Shown here piece after piece: positions 44,369 to 52,173 of a DNA stretch of 64,000 nucleotides. The translations under genes and the position numbers were made by a program. Each line of letters begins with the position of its first letter. Within the stretch, counting starts at the first letter, position 1. The DNA comes from Acidobacteriota bacterium (GTDB taxonomy: Bacteria > Acidobacteriota > Vicinamibacteria > Vicinamibacterales > CAVVIG01), in the NCBI GenBank assembly GCA_016195265.1, contig JACPZW010000074.1, forward strand, positions 29,651 through 93,650. Direction: 5' to 3'. The notes beneath the pieces are model-generated. The model searched no databases. It was given only the letters and a program-made list of their open reading frames with translations, and was not told where the DNA came from.

Positions 44369-45437
44369 TCGCCGCTCCCAGGCACTCGACGAAACGCCGG
44401 TAGTCCTCCTCGCGCACGTCGCCCATGGTCGCGACGCGGAACAACGAGGCCGCCAGGGGCCCCTGCCCCGCGTAAATGACGAAGCCGTCGCGCTTCAGCG
44501 CGTCGTGGAGCGCGGGATAGCCGAGCTGGCGCGGCAGCGAGATCGCGGTCAGCGTCGTGGAGCGCAGCGCCGGCGGCAGCAGCAGATCGAGACCGAGCGC
44601 CGCGACGCCGTCGCGGACGATCGCCGCCGCGCGGCCGTACCGGGCGACGCGGCCGTCCACGGTCTCGTCGATGAGCTCGTCGAGCGCGGCGCGCAGGGCG
44701 TAGGCGATCTGCACGGCCGGCGTGAAGGGCGTCGATCGCTTTTCCTGCTCGTCGTGATGCCGCGGCAGGTGCAGATACAGCGTGCGCTCGGGGTAGCCGC
44801 GCATGGCGTCCATGAACTCGCGCTTGACCAGGGCGAACGACAGGCCCGGCAGTCCCTGCACGCACTTGTTCGCGGTGCACACGACGGCGTCGGGCGCCAG
44901 CCGCGCGAAGTCGAACGCCTCGCCCGCCAGCGCGCTGACGGCGTCCACCAGCAGACGCGTGCCCTTCAGCTTGCAGAGCGCGGCGATTGGCGCGAGCTCG
45001 TTGAGCAGACCCGTCGTCGTCTCATGGTGCACGATCGCCAGCGCATCGTAGCGCGTGTGGGCGAGGCGCAGCGCCAGCGCGTCGATGGCCGGGCGTTCCG
45101 TCGGCGCGCACGCCACGACCTCGTGCTCGATGCCGTGCGCGCGCGCGATCCGCGCGATCCGCTCGCCATAGACACCGTTCTGGACGACCAGCAGCCGCCC
45201 GCCGGCCGGCACGGCGGAACTCGTCATGGCTTCCACCATCGCGGTGCCGCTGCCGGTCAGCAGCACCGACGTGTACTCGCCGCGCGGCGTGCGAAACGCT
45301 TCGAGCAGGCGCCGGCGGATGCCGTCCTGCAAATCGAAGAACTCGGGCTCGCGGTGACAGAGATCGGGACCGGCGAGCGCGTCGCGGACGCGCGGGCTGA
45401 CGTTCACCGGACCCGGATTGAGCAGGATGGTCCTCAT
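44355..45437 (-). CDS. phnW: 2-aminoethylphosphonate:pyruvate aminotransferase-like class V aminotransferase
   Basis: LLNPGPVNVSPRVRDAL, and CTANKCVQGLPGLSF (PLP lysine context as in PhnW). Confidence 0.8.
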   Translation of the reverse strand: MRTILLNPGPVNVSPRVRDALAGPDLCHREPEFFDLQDGIRRRLLEAFRTPRGEYTSVLLTGSGTAMVEAMTSSAVPAGGRLLVVQNGVYGERIARIARAHGIEHEVVACAPTERPAIDALALRLAHTRYDALAIVHHETTTGLLNELAPIAALCKLKGTRLLVDAVSALAGEAFDFARLAPDAVVCTANKCVQGLPGLSFALVKREFMDAMRGYPERTLYLHLPRHHDEQEKRSTPFTPAVQIAYALRAALDELIDETVDGRVARYGRAAAIVRDGVAALGLDLLLPPALRSTTLTAISLPRQLGYPALHDALKRDGFVIYAGQGPLAASLFRVATMGDVREEDYRRFVECLGAAIGRA

Positions 45438-45474
45438 TCGAGGGCACCCGGCGACGCAGAGCCCGCGGGCAGGT

Positions 45475-45754
45475 GGTCACGAAGACACGAAGACACGAAG
45501 AAGAAAAAAGAAGAATGGGCCACAGAGTCACAGAGACACAGAGGTGTTCGACACGGCGCCGCGAAGCGGCGTCCGTCGGCTGAAAACCGGCGTCGCAAAC
45601 GACTGGGTCTCTCGTGCTCGTCGCTTGCGAAGCCGGTTTCCGGCCGACCAGCGCGGCCTGCTCCGCAGGCCGCCCGCGTCGAACACGATCTACGGAATCT
45701 CGATCTCCGTGCCTCGGTGTCTCTGTGGCCTATTTCCCTCTGTGTCCTCCGTGG
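45475..45754. repeat. 280-bp nested palindromic element, copy 2 (same orientation as copy 1)
   Basis: It shares with copy 1 the segments CACAGAGGTGTTCGAC(G/A)CGGCGCCGCGAAGCGGCG and CGCGGCCTG(G/C)TCCGCAGGCCGCCCGCGTCGAACACGATC...CTCCGTGCCTC...CTCTGTGGC..TATTTCCCTC.GTGTCCTCC. The central about 90 bp differs but is again self-complementary. Confidence 0.9.
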
Positions 45755-45843
45755 CATTATCTGTTCCGCGTTTTCGGCGAGTTCTGTGTCGACCGTCGTT
45801 CGTCCCGAATCATCGTGCCCAGGCTACTAGTATCACACGCGCG

Positions 45844-46635
45844 TCAGACGCCGATCGCCAGAACGAGCGCCCAGATCGCCAGCGCGAGCGCGGCGCCCGC
45901 GACGACGTCCACGGTGTAGTGGTAGCGGCCGGCCACGCACGCGACGCTGATGCTCGCGGCGAGCGCGAACAGGATCGCGCCCGTCCACGGCATCGCCCCG
46001 GCGACGGCCATCGCGACCGCGAGCGAGCCGGCCACGTGTCCGCTCGGAAACGTGTTCGCGCCGATCGTGAACGTGCTGACCATCTGCGACGCCATCTGGT
46101 GGATCGCGCGTTCGCGCTGGCTCGACGGCCGCTCGATCGCCCAGGGCGGGCGCGTCTGAATGACGCTGAGCGGCGCAAACGCCCCGAATTCGGCGGCGAT
46201 GACCATCGTCCAGTAGTGATCCGCCATCGCGCCGCGGCCCGTCCACAGCAGCGCGGCGAAGCCGGCGGGAATCAGCAGAAAGCAGCCGACGTAGACGATT
46301 TCCAGGTACGCCAGCACCACGCGCGGCCAGTGCGCGAACCGCGTCGTCGGATCCCCCAGCAGCCGGTGATCCCACGCCATCAGCCACGCTTCGAACGACG
46401 GGGACGAGCCGACGAAGAACCGGCCCGACACCCAGTAGCCGACGAGGATCATGATCGCCGGCGCCCAGTCGCGCACCATCGGGCCCGCGCCGCGCGGCAG
46501 GATCCAGATCCCGGCGCCCATGGCGACGCCGACGATCGTGACTTGCGCGCGGCGCGACGCGGGCAGCGGCCTGAGCCACGCCGCCGCCGCCATCACACCG
46601 AAATATCCCGCCGCGAGCCCCTCCGAAAAACGCAC
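45844..46635 (-). CDS. PAP2_C / sphingomyelin-synthase-like phospho-headgroup transferase (polytopic membrane protein)
   Basis: Multiple TM segments, with FPSGH (46036..46050) and RYHYTVDV (45904..45927) matching the SMS/IPC-synthase D3/D4 motifs (SGH, HYTxDV). The start is uncertain (46635 GTG, 46593 ATG or 46689 ATG). Confidence 0.75.
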   Translation of the reverse strand: MRFSEGLAAGYFGVMAAAAWLRPLPASRRAQVTIVGVAMGAGIWILPRGAGPMVRDWAPAIMILVGYWVSGRFFVGSSPSFEAWLMAWDHRLLGDPTTRFAHWPRVVLAYLEIVYVGCFLLIPAGFAALLWTGRGAMADHYWTMVIAAEFGAFAPLSVIQTRPPWAIERPSSQRERAIHQMASQMVSTFTIGANTFPSGHVAGSLAVAMAVAGAMPWTGAILFALAASISVACVAGRYHYTVDVVAGAALALAIWALVLAIGV

Positions 46636-46669
46636 GGTATCGACCTCTCGTGATGCTAACGTATGTCGC

Positions 46670-47635
46670 GTGTCCACCGCCGCGTACACCCGCGTCGAGT
46701 ACGCCGAGCCGCACGTCGCGCGCGGGCGTCAGATTCTCGCGGCGCATCCGGAACTGCGCGCCCTCGCGGGACCGCGGGCGGCGAGCGCGGTGTGGATCGT
46801 GGTGCTCGTGACGGTGCAGATCGCCCTAGCCGTCGCGCTCGGGAATCAATCGTGGCACATCTGGCTGCCGCTGGCCTACCTCGCGGGCGCCACGATCGAT
46901 CACGCACTGTGGGCGCTCATTCACGAGTGCGCCCACAATCTCATCTTCGGCGCGCGGCTCGGCAATCGCGCCGCGGCGCTCACCGCGAATCTGCCGCTGG
47001 TCTTTCCCGCGGCCATGTCGTTCTGCAAGTACCACCTGCTCCACCATCGCCACATGGGCGAGATGGACCTCGACGCTGATCTCGCCGGCCCCGACGAAGC
47101 GCGGATGGTCGGCCGGTCGTCGTTGCTCAAGACCCTGTGGCTGGCGGCGTTCGTGCTCGTCGTCGGCACGCTGCGGCCCCGGCGTCTGACGCGCGTGCCG
47201 TTCGCGGATCGGTGGACGGCGATCAATATGGTGATTCAGGCGATTGCCGTCGCCGCGCTCGTCTGGTGGGCCGGCTGGGCGCCGCTGAAGTACCTCGTCG
47301 CCTCGTCGGTCCTCGCGATCGGCTTCCACCCGCTCGGCGCGCGGTGGATTCAGGAACATTACGTGTTCGCCCCCGGGCAGGAGACGTACTCCTACTACGG
47401 CCCGCTCAACCGCGTGTCGTTCAACGTGGGCTACCACAACGAGCATCACGATCTGGTGACGGTTCCCTGGTCCCAGCTCCCGCGGATCCGCGCCGGCGCG
47501 CCGGAATTCTACGACTCGCTGACGTCTCACGGCTCGTGGACGAAGCTGCTCGTCGCGTTTCTCCGGGACCGCGACGTGACGCTCTTCAGCCGCATCGTCC
47601 GTCCGCTGCGGGGCGAGCACGCGCGCGAGCCGTGA
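46670..47635 (+). CDS. sphingolipid delta4-desaturase (DEGS/DES1-like) fatty acid desaturase
   Basis: N-terminal Lipid_DES-like EPHVARGRQILAAHPELRAL and three His boxes (HECAHN, HLLHHRH, HNEHHD). The GTG start is at 46670. Confidence 0.85.
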   Translation: MSTAAYTRVEYAEPHVARGRQILAAHPELRALAGPRAASAVWIVVLVTVQIALAVALGNQSWHIWLPLAYLAGATIDHALWALIHECAHNLIFGARLGNRAAALTANLPLVFPAAMSFCKYHLLHHRHMGEMDLDADLAGPDEARMVGRSSLLKTLWLAAFVLVVGTLRPRRLTRVPFADRWTAINMVIQAIAVAALVWWAGWAPLKYLVASSVLAIGFHPLGARWIQEHYVFAPGQETYSYYGPLNRVSFNVGYHNEHHDLVTVPWSQLPRIRAGAPEFYDSLTSHGSWTKLLVAFLRDRDVTLFSRIVRPLRGEHAREP

Positions 47636-48594
47636 TCCGCCGGGTCGCGATCACGGGGGCGACCGGATTTATCGGCCGCCATCTGACGGCCGATCTCGCC
47701 TCCCGCGGCGTTGCCGTCCAGGCCATCCAGCGTCCCGAATCCCGACAGACGGCGCCTGAAGGCGCGACCGTCGTCCGCGCCGCGCTCGACGAGGGCGCAC
47801 TGCGGCCCGCGTTCGCCGGCGCCGACGCGGTCGTGCATCTGGCGGGCGTCGTCTCGTCGGCGCGCGCGCGCGACTTCGCCGACGTCAACGTCGCCGGCGC
47901 GCAGGCGGTCGCCCGCGCCGCGCGTGCGGCGGACGTGCCCGTGATTCACATCTCGAGCCTTGCCGCCGCCGGTCCGGCGTCGCCGGCGGCGCCGCGCGGC
48001 GAAGCAGATGCGCCTCGGCCCCTGACGCCCTATGGCAGAAGCAAACTCGAAGGCGAGCGCGCGCTGGCGGCGGAACGCGGTCTGCGCTGGACGATTCTGC
48101 GGCCCGGCGTCGTCTACGGGCCCGGCGATCGCGCCATGCTGCCGCTGTTCGCGTTCGCCCGACGCGGCGTCCTGCCGCTCGTCGGCCTGGCGACGGCGGC
48201 GTACACGTTCGTCTACGTCGACGATCTCGTGCGCGCGATTGTCGCCGCGCTGGAACAGCCTCCGCGGCAGGACACGCTTTTTGTCGGCCACCCGCAGCCG
48301 GTCGCCGCCCGCGCGCTGCTCGAGAACATCCGATCGATCGTGGGTGGCAGCGCCATCGTCGTGCCGATCCCGATGATCCTCACCCGCGCGGCGGCGGCTG
48401 CCGGGGATCTCGCCGGCGCGCTCACCGGCCGACCCATGACCATCAACAGCTCGCGCTACGCGGAACTGGCGTCGGAGGGGTTCGTGTGCAGGGTCGATCG
48501 GCTGCGCGAGCAGCTGGGAATCGTGGCTGAAGTGGATCTTGCGGAAGGCCTGACGCGGACCGCGGCATGGTACAAAAGTCGTGGATGGTTGTAA
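47632..48594 (+). CDS. NAD(P)-dependent epimerase/dehydratase-family SDR (candidate 3-keto-sphingoid/ceramide reductase)
   Basis: VAITGATGFIGRHL Rossmann motif and YGRSK catalytic Y-x3-K. The GTG start overlaps the desaturase TGA (GTGA). Confidence 0.8.
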   Translation: MIRRVAITGATGFIGRHLTADLASRGVAVQAIQRPESRQTAPEGATVVRAALDEGALRPAFAGADAVVHLAGVVSSARARDFADVNVAGAQAVARAARAADVPVIHISSLAAAGPASPAAPRGEADAPRPLTPYGRSKLEGERALAAERGLRWTILRPGVVYGPGDRAMLPLFAFARRGVLPLVGLATAAYTFVYVDDLVRAIVAALEQPPRQDTLFVGHPQPVAARALLENIRSIVGGSAIVVPIPMILTRAAAAAGDLAGALTGRPMTINSSRYAELASEGFVCRVDRLREQLGIVAEVDLAEGLTRTAAWYKSRGWL

Positions 48595-48673
48595 TTCAGA
48601 TTTCAGAGTTCAGAGTTCAGATTGATTGCAGATTGGATTCAGAATCTTAAATCTGAACTCTGAAATCTGAAAT
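48595..48673. terminator. palindromic TCTGAAA-family tract filling the gap between convergent genes (probable bidirectional terminator)
   Basis: ttcagatttcagagttcagagttcagatt ... aatctgaactctgaaatctgaaat. The two halves are reverse complements and occupy the entire intergenic space. Confidence 0.55.
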
Positions 48674-49879
48674 CTAACTGACCGCGACCCGCGTGACTCC
48701 CAGCTCCGCGCCGACTCTTCCCAGCACGTCGAGCGCGCGGGCGATGTGCTCGGGCGTGTGCGCCGCGGAGCAGCTGGCGCGCAACACGCATTCGTCGACA
48801 GGACACCCGGGCGGGACAATCAGGTTGACGTAAAGGCCGTCGGCCAGCAGGCGCTGCCACAGTGCGATCGTGCGCGCCTCGTCGCCGGTCATGATGGGCA
48901 CGATGGGCGATTCCGTTTCGCCGATCACGTAGCCGATGTCGCGGAGCCCCTGCCGGAGCCGGCGCACGTTCGCCCACAGCTGATCGCGCAGTTCGGGATG
49001 CGTGCGCACGACGTTGACGGCGGCGCTCACGCTCGCGATATTGGCGGGCGAACCCGACGCGGTGAAGACGTAGGCGCGCGCCAGAAAATGCAGCGCCTTC
49101 AGCTCAGGATGGTCCGAGACGCAGACGCCGCCGATGCCCGCCAGCGACTTCGAGAACGTCCCGACCAGGAAGTCCACGTGCTCGAGCACGCCCTGATCTT
49201 CCGCGCAGCCCAGTCCGCTCGGGCCGTAGGTGCCGAGCGAATGCGCTTCGTCGACGAGCAGGTACGCGCCGTGCGCACGGCAGACCTCGACGATGTCGCC
49301 GAGCGGCGCCACGTCGCCGCGAATCGAATACAGGCCCTCGACGACGACGAGCTTGTTGCGGTGGTGGCGGTCCAGGCGCTCGAGCTTCTTGAGGAGGCTC
49401 TCGGCGGAATTGTGGCGGAACCCGATGACCTGGGCCGCCGTCTGGCGTGTCGCATCGTAAATGCTCGCGTGGCTGTCGCCGTCGATCAAGATGACGTCGC
49501 CCGCGCCGCACAAACCGCCGACCAGGGACAGATTGGCCTGATAACCAGTACTGAATATGATGGCGTGGCGCTTGCCGAACCACTCGGCGAACTGCCGCTC
49601 GAGGTCTTCATGAATCGCCAGCGTGCCGTTCGCCGTCCGCGAGCCGGTGGTGCCCGCGCCGTACTCGGCCACCGCGCGCTGCGCGGCCGCGATGACGTCG
49701 GGATGCAGCGTCAGACCCAGATAGTTGTTGGACCCGAACATCAGCGTGGGCCGGCCCTGAACCACGACTTCGCACGGCCCGAGGACCCGGTCGATGACGG
49801 TCAGACCGGGCATGGCGGTGCGGTCGGCGAACTTCGCGCACCGTTCCTCGACCGCCCGCAATTTATTGAGAAGGTCCAT
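48674..49879 (-). CDS. alpha-oxoamine synthase (serine palmitoyltransferase-like; the SPT/KBL/BioF/CFAT family cannot be resolved by eye)
   Basis: The start is MDLLNKLRAVE at 49879. It has SNNYLGL, DEAHSLG and GTFSKSLAGIGG (PLP lysine). The track ORF extends spuriously to 50320. Confidence 0.8.
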   Translation of the reverse strand: MDLLNKLRAVEERCAKFADRTAMPGLTVIDRVLGPCEVVVQGRPTLMFGSNNYLGLTLHPDVIAAAQRAVAEYGAGTTGSRTANGTLAIHEDLERQFAEWFGKRHAIIFSTGYQANLSLVGGLCGAGDVILIDGDSHASIYDATRQTAAQVIGFRHNSAESLLKKLERLDRHHRNKLVVVEGLYSIRGDVAPLGDIVEVCRAHGAYLLVDEAHSLGTYGPSGLGCAEDQGVLEHVDFLVGTFSKSLAGIGGVCVSDHPELKALHFLARAYVFTASGSPANIASVSAAVNVVRTHPELRDQLWANVRRLRQGLRDIGYVIGETESPIVPIMTGDEARTIALWQRLLADGLYVNLIVPPGCPVDECVLRASCSAAHTPEHIARALDVLGRVGAELGVTRVAVS

Positions 49880-49905
49880 CAGCCCTTTGCTCTCTGCCCT
49901 CAGCC

Positions 49906-51576
49906 CTACGATCGCACCGCCTCCGCCACCAGCTCGCCGCGCTCGTATCGCGCCTTGGTCGCAGCGCGCTGCACTTTCCCGCTCGTCGTCCGGCTGACCG
50001 TTCCGCTGGGGACCAGCGCCACGGCGTCCACGTACAGCCCGAAGAGATCGCCAATCCGGCGCCGGATCGAATCCGTCAGCAGATCCGTCGCGACCGTGCC
50101 GTTCGGCTCCGCGACGATGACCACGCGATCGGGGCGCCCGTGATTGGTGGCGCCGAACGCCACGACGCGGCCGCGACGCACGCCCGCGAGGCCGTCGACG
50201 GCCCATTCCAGATCCTGCGGGTGGTACTTGCGGCCGTGGACGATGATGACGTCCTTGGCGCGTCCGCAGACAAACAGTTCGCCCTCCGAAAGATACCCGA
50301 GATCGCCCGTGTGCAGCCACCCATCCCGGATGGTCTGCGCCGTCAGGGCATCCCGCTTATAGTAGCCCAGCATAACCGAGGGGCCCGCCAGCAGGATTTC
50401 TCCCACGTGCCGCTCGGGCAGGGGCCGGCCGTTCTCGCCCACGATACGCATCTGGTGCTCGGGGAGGGGTTTTCCGCAGCTGACGAGGCCGACCGACAGG
50501 CCTTCCCCTTTATGCGGGATCGCGATGCGGCGTTCCGTCAGCGCGTCGGCGGAGACTTCCTCCGTGCGCGGCGCGCGCCCGCGTGCCGGAAAAGCGGCAG
50601 CCAGGACGTGCTCGGCGAGCCCGTAGCTCGGCAGATAGCTGGTTTTCCGGAAGCCGACGGGCGCGAACTTCTGCGCGAAGGCCGCGAGCGTCGGCGGATG
50701 GATCGGCTCGGCTCCACAGCCCGCGACGCGCCACGAGGAAAGATCGAGCCCCGCCATGTCGCGGTCCTTCACGCGGCGGACGCACAGATCGTACGCGAAG
50801 TTGGGGCCGAAGCTGATCGTGCCGCGGTGACGGGTTATCGCCGTGAGCCACTCCGACGGCCGCTTCACGAACGCGTGCGGCGTCAGGAGCACGCACGGGC
50901 AGCGCCCGTACAATGCGCCGAACGCCATCCCGACGAGTCCCATGTCGTGATTGAGCGGCAGCCAGCTGACCGCCACGTCGTCGGGCGTCGTGCCGACGCC
51001 GTGGTTGTTGAACGCGTCGACGTTGGCCGAGACGTTGGCGTGCGTGAGCGCGACGCCTTTGGGCGAGGACGTGGATCCGGACGTGAACTGGACAAAAGCG
51101 ATGTCCTCGATCTTCGGCATCTCCTCCGGCTCGTCGCACGGTCCCTGCAGGGTGGCGTGGGCCAGCACCTGCGTGAGCTCCGGACACTGCGCGCGGACGC
51201 GGTCGAACGCAGGGACCAGCGCCTCCGTCGTGATGATCGTCTTGGCGCCCGACGATCGCAGGATCGACGTGGTCAGTTCGAGATACCGCGGCAGATCGCT
51301 CGTCGTGGCAGGCGGATAGAGCGAGGCCGGGATGACGCCCGCCAAGGACGCGCCGAACAGGGTCGCGAGAAATTCCTCGGCGTCGGCCAGCACGATGGCC
51401 AAAAGGTCGCCGCGACGCAGGCCGGCATCGCGAAGTCCGGCCGCGACCTGAATCGCGCGGCAGCGCAGGTCGCTGTACGAGACGAAGCGCTCCGTGCCTC
51501 CGGACACGAAGACGAAGCCGGCGCGCGTGCGCGCGGCGTCGTTGAGCGCTTCGGGCATGGTCCGCGGGCTCGGCAT
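49906..51576 (-). CDS. fatty acyl-AMP ligase / acyl-ACP synthetase (ANL superfamily)
   Basis: FVQFTSGSTSSPKGVALTHANV (A3 motif) and a FAAL-like length and layout. Its ATG overlaps the upstream ACP TGA by 1 nt. Confidence 0.85.
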   Translation of the reverse strand: MPSPRTMPEALNDAARTRAGFVFVSGGTERFVSYSDLRCRAIQVAAGLRDAGLRRGDLLAIVLADAEEFLATLFGASLAGVIPASLYPPATTSDLPRYLELTTSILRSSGAKTIITTEALVPAFDRVRAQCPELTQVLAHATLQGPCDEPEEMPKIEDIAFVQFTSGSTSSPKGVALTHANVSANVDAFNNHGVGTTPDDVAVSWLPLNHDMGLVGMAFGALYGRCPCVLLTPHAFVKRPSEWLTAITRHRGTISFGPNFAYDLCVRRVKDRDMAGLDLSSWRVAGCGAEPIHPPTLAAFAQKFAPVGFRKTSYLPSYGLAEHVLAAAFPARGRAPRTEEVSADALTERRIAIPHKGEGLSVGLVSCGKPLPEHQMRIVGENGRPLPERHVGEILLAGPSVMLGYYKRDALTAQTIRDGWLHTGDLGYLSEGELFVCGRAKDVIIVHGRKYHPQDLEWAVDGLAGVRRGRVVAFGATNHGRPDRVVIVAEPNGTVATDLLTDSIRRRIGDLFGLYVDAVALVPSGTVSRTTSGKVQRAATKARYERGELVAEAVRS

Positions 51577-51839
51577 CAGGACTTTGGCCGCTCCCCGACC
51601 AGGTCGGCGACTTGCGCGACGATGTGCCCCACCGTACGCGTGGCGGGCACGTCGTTGAGCGGAATCGAAATGTCGAAGCGGTCCTCGAGCTCGGCGATGA
51701 CCTCGAGCACCTGCAACGAATCGAATCCCAGATCGGCGATCAGGTCGCTGTCGAGCGAGGGCGTGATCGGGCGGCGGCTCACGCTGTTGAGGACGTCGAT
51801 CACGCCTTCTTCAATGGCGGCGAAGGCTGGCTGCGGCAT
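51576..51839 (-). CDS. acyl carrier protein (ACP 1)
   Basis: 87 aa with DLGFDSLQVLEVI (phosphopantetheine Ser motif). The track embeds it in a 240-aa ORF whose upstream part is non-coding. Confidence 0.8.
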   Translation of the reverse strand: MPQPAFAAIEEGVIDVLNSVSRRPITPSLDSDLIADLGFDSLQVLEVIAELEDRFDISIPLNDVPATRTVGHIVAQVADLVGERPKS

Positions 51840-51917
51840 GGCAGAAATGTTGCGTAAGAATAGCATCACCCTGTGAGAAAACAATAACGGTATGATGCCG
51901 TCCGGCGGGAGGTTGAC
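51840..51917. promoter_or_regulatory. divergent promoter region between the two ACP-led operons
   Basis: A 78-bp, locally AT-rich spacer (gcagaaatgttgcgtaagaatagcatcaccctgtgagaaaacaataacggtatgatgcc), with GGGAGG before the GTG of ACP 2. I could not call hexamers confidently. Confidence 0.35.
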
Positions 51918-52172
51918 GTGGCGCAGGACATCGAGCGGCAGGTCATCGAGTTGATCGCGCGCAAGAAGAAGCTGGACCCGGCGCGGATCTCCTCGGCCAG
52001 CACGTTCGAGGAGCTCGGGCTCGATTCGCTCGACGCCGCGGATTTGATCTTCACGATCGAGGACACCTTCAAGATCGTCGTCCCCGACGAGGCGGCGGTG
52101 TCGATGAAGTCGGTCGCGCAGGTCATCGCCGGCGTGCAGGCGCTCGCGGCGGGCGGCACCGGGGCGCTCTGA
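51918..52172 (+). CDS. acyl carrier protein (ACP 2)
   Basis: 84 aa with ELGLDSLDAADLI. GTG start with GGGAGG 7 nt upstream. Confidence 0.85.
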   Translation: MAQDIERQVIELIARKKKLDPARISSASTFEELGLDSLDAADLIFTIEDTFKIVVPDEAAVSMKSVAQVIAGVQALAAGGTGAL

Positions 52173-52173
52173 C

